The notes beneath the pieces were generated by a model, which was not told where the DNA came from, did not search any database, and saw nothing but the letters and a program-made list of their open reading frames with translations. A stretch of 64,000 nucleotides of DNA from Lama guanicoe. Taxonomy: Eukaryota. The stretch covers positions 877,079 through 941,078 of the forward strand of contig MU053352.1 in the NCBI GenBank assembly GCA_013239625.1, read 5' to 3'. Positions 62,721 through 64,000 of this stretch are shown in pieces. Position numbers and translations under genes: made by a program. Position 1 is the stretch's first letter. Every line of letters starts with the position of its first letter.

Positions 62721-62999
62721 CCGCTAATGGGGCCTTCTGTCTTCCTGCTCACGAGGCTGCCATCATCACTCTCCCAGACAGCTCGGTGCCCTCCTCGGCG
62801 CAAGGGCTGCGTGGGCTGTCACCATGGGCGAGGAGGCATTTTTCTCCCGTGTCGGCTTATCAGTTGATGGCCTTGAGCTGTGATAGCATCTGGGAGACCT
62901 TGAGCCCCCCTGCGACGGGAGCACCTCTGTGCAAACCGAAAAGCCAGCGGCACTTCTAGGTAAGTTATGGCAAGGGCTCACATGAGACTATTTGTGGGC

Positions 63000-63870
63000 G
63001 TGCCTTCCCTTAATCAAGCTGTGCATTTTCTGGTGAGGGAGTGTTAACTGGAACAATCTTTATGGAGGATAACTCGCCAGCAGCATCAAAATGGAAAGCA
63101 TGCACTTGACTTAGTAATCCTTTCTCTAAGACTTTACCCTTAGGAAATAATCACACACTGCGGGGGGTGGGGGTGGGGAGTAGTGGAGGAGAAAAAGAAA
63201 AAGAAGAAAGGGAAAAAAAAGTGAGAAAAGAAAAAGAAACACCTGTCCCAGTGCTTTTCTGGATATGAGGGGAACACTGCAAGCAACCTGAATGGCTAAA
63301 AAAATGTTTAATTAAATTATTGCTGTATCCAATCAATAGAGTATTATGCATCATTAAAAATGGTATTATAGTTATTTGAACAGGTAATGATATTAAAGAA
63401 CTGTTATTTAAGGTGTGATATTGGTCTTGAATTGATCCTTTTAAAACAGCTCTTGTTTTTGAGAGACAACACAGTAAAATGTTTGCAAATCGGTTTTGCT
63501 TTAAAATAATGGCAGGGAGCAGATTAGTGATTGCCAGTAGCAGAGGGAAGGGGGAATAGGGAGTGAGTGCTTAATGGACATTAGGTTCCTTTGGGGGTGA
63601 TGAAAATATTCTGGAATTGGAAGTGATTGTTACACAACATTGTGAATGGCAAAATATCACTAATGGTGAATTTTATGTTATGTGTATTTACCACAGTAAA
63701 AAAAATAATGGAGGGACCAGAAGATGGAGTGAGATGAAATGAGATTGGCCATAAATTGATAATTGTTGAAAGGTGAGCTGTAAGAGCATGGGCCATATGT
63801 GTACATGTGTATATATGTATATATATACATGTATGTAACTTATTAGAAAGTTTCCATAATAAAAAGTGAT
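63000..63870 (+). mobile_element. Nested old L1M 3' fragments
   Basis: agcagattagtgattgcc...gggggtgatgaaaatattctggaa...aatggtgaattttatgttatg; gattggccataaattgataattgttgaa...ttccataataaaaag. Confidence 0.8.
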
Positions 63871-64000
63871 GCCACAGATGTACGTTTATTGGCACAGTAT
63901 GTCCACAACATGTTGAATTTAAAGAGCCAATATGGGGAATTCCCCACTGATGTGAAATTGTATACCTAGATCTAAATGCAAACACATGCATAAAGAAATG

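Larger units (their letters stand above)
13097..64000 (-). other. OSBP2: Large OSBP2 intron upstream of exon 3 (PH-domain exons lie beyond the window)
   Basis: No PH-domain peptide seen among the ORFs; repeat-rich; the exon 3 acceptor needs a phase-1 upstream partner. Confidence 0.85.

Overview
Mammalian genomic DNA, very probably from a camelid: it carries three Vic-1-like tRNA-derived SINEs and no Alu, Bov-tA, PRE-1 or Can-SINE that I could see. The whole window lies inside OSBP2 (ORP4, oxysterol-binding protein 2) on the minus strand. Six coding exons splice in frame with canonical GT-AG junctions (13096-12843, 2910-2718, 2231-2114, 1444-1393, 1180-1034, 183-<1; equivalent to human exons 3-8 by my recollection). 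They encode the dimerisation region, the FFAT motif and the start of the ORD. Positions 13097-64000 are part of the large intron upstream of exon 3; the PH-domain exons lie beyond the window. This intron holds L1, L2, MIR, MaLR, ERV1-LTR and SINE repeats plus three CpG-rich promoter-like regions (~36.1-36.7, ~49.85-50.45 and ~62.3-62.7 kb). The most interesting pattern is that each of these regions is followed by a minus-strand splice donor in phase 1, the phase exon 3 needs. That suggests alternative first exons giving PH-less ORP4 isoforms, two with Cys-rich N-termini (MKGRGCW..C..C..KFKK and MACCELNAP). One promoter carries a near-perfect REST/RE1 site, and a GATA/KLF/AP-1 module abuts exon 3. 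These isoform and regulatory calls are sequence-only predictions; repeat family names and boundaries are by eye and approximate.
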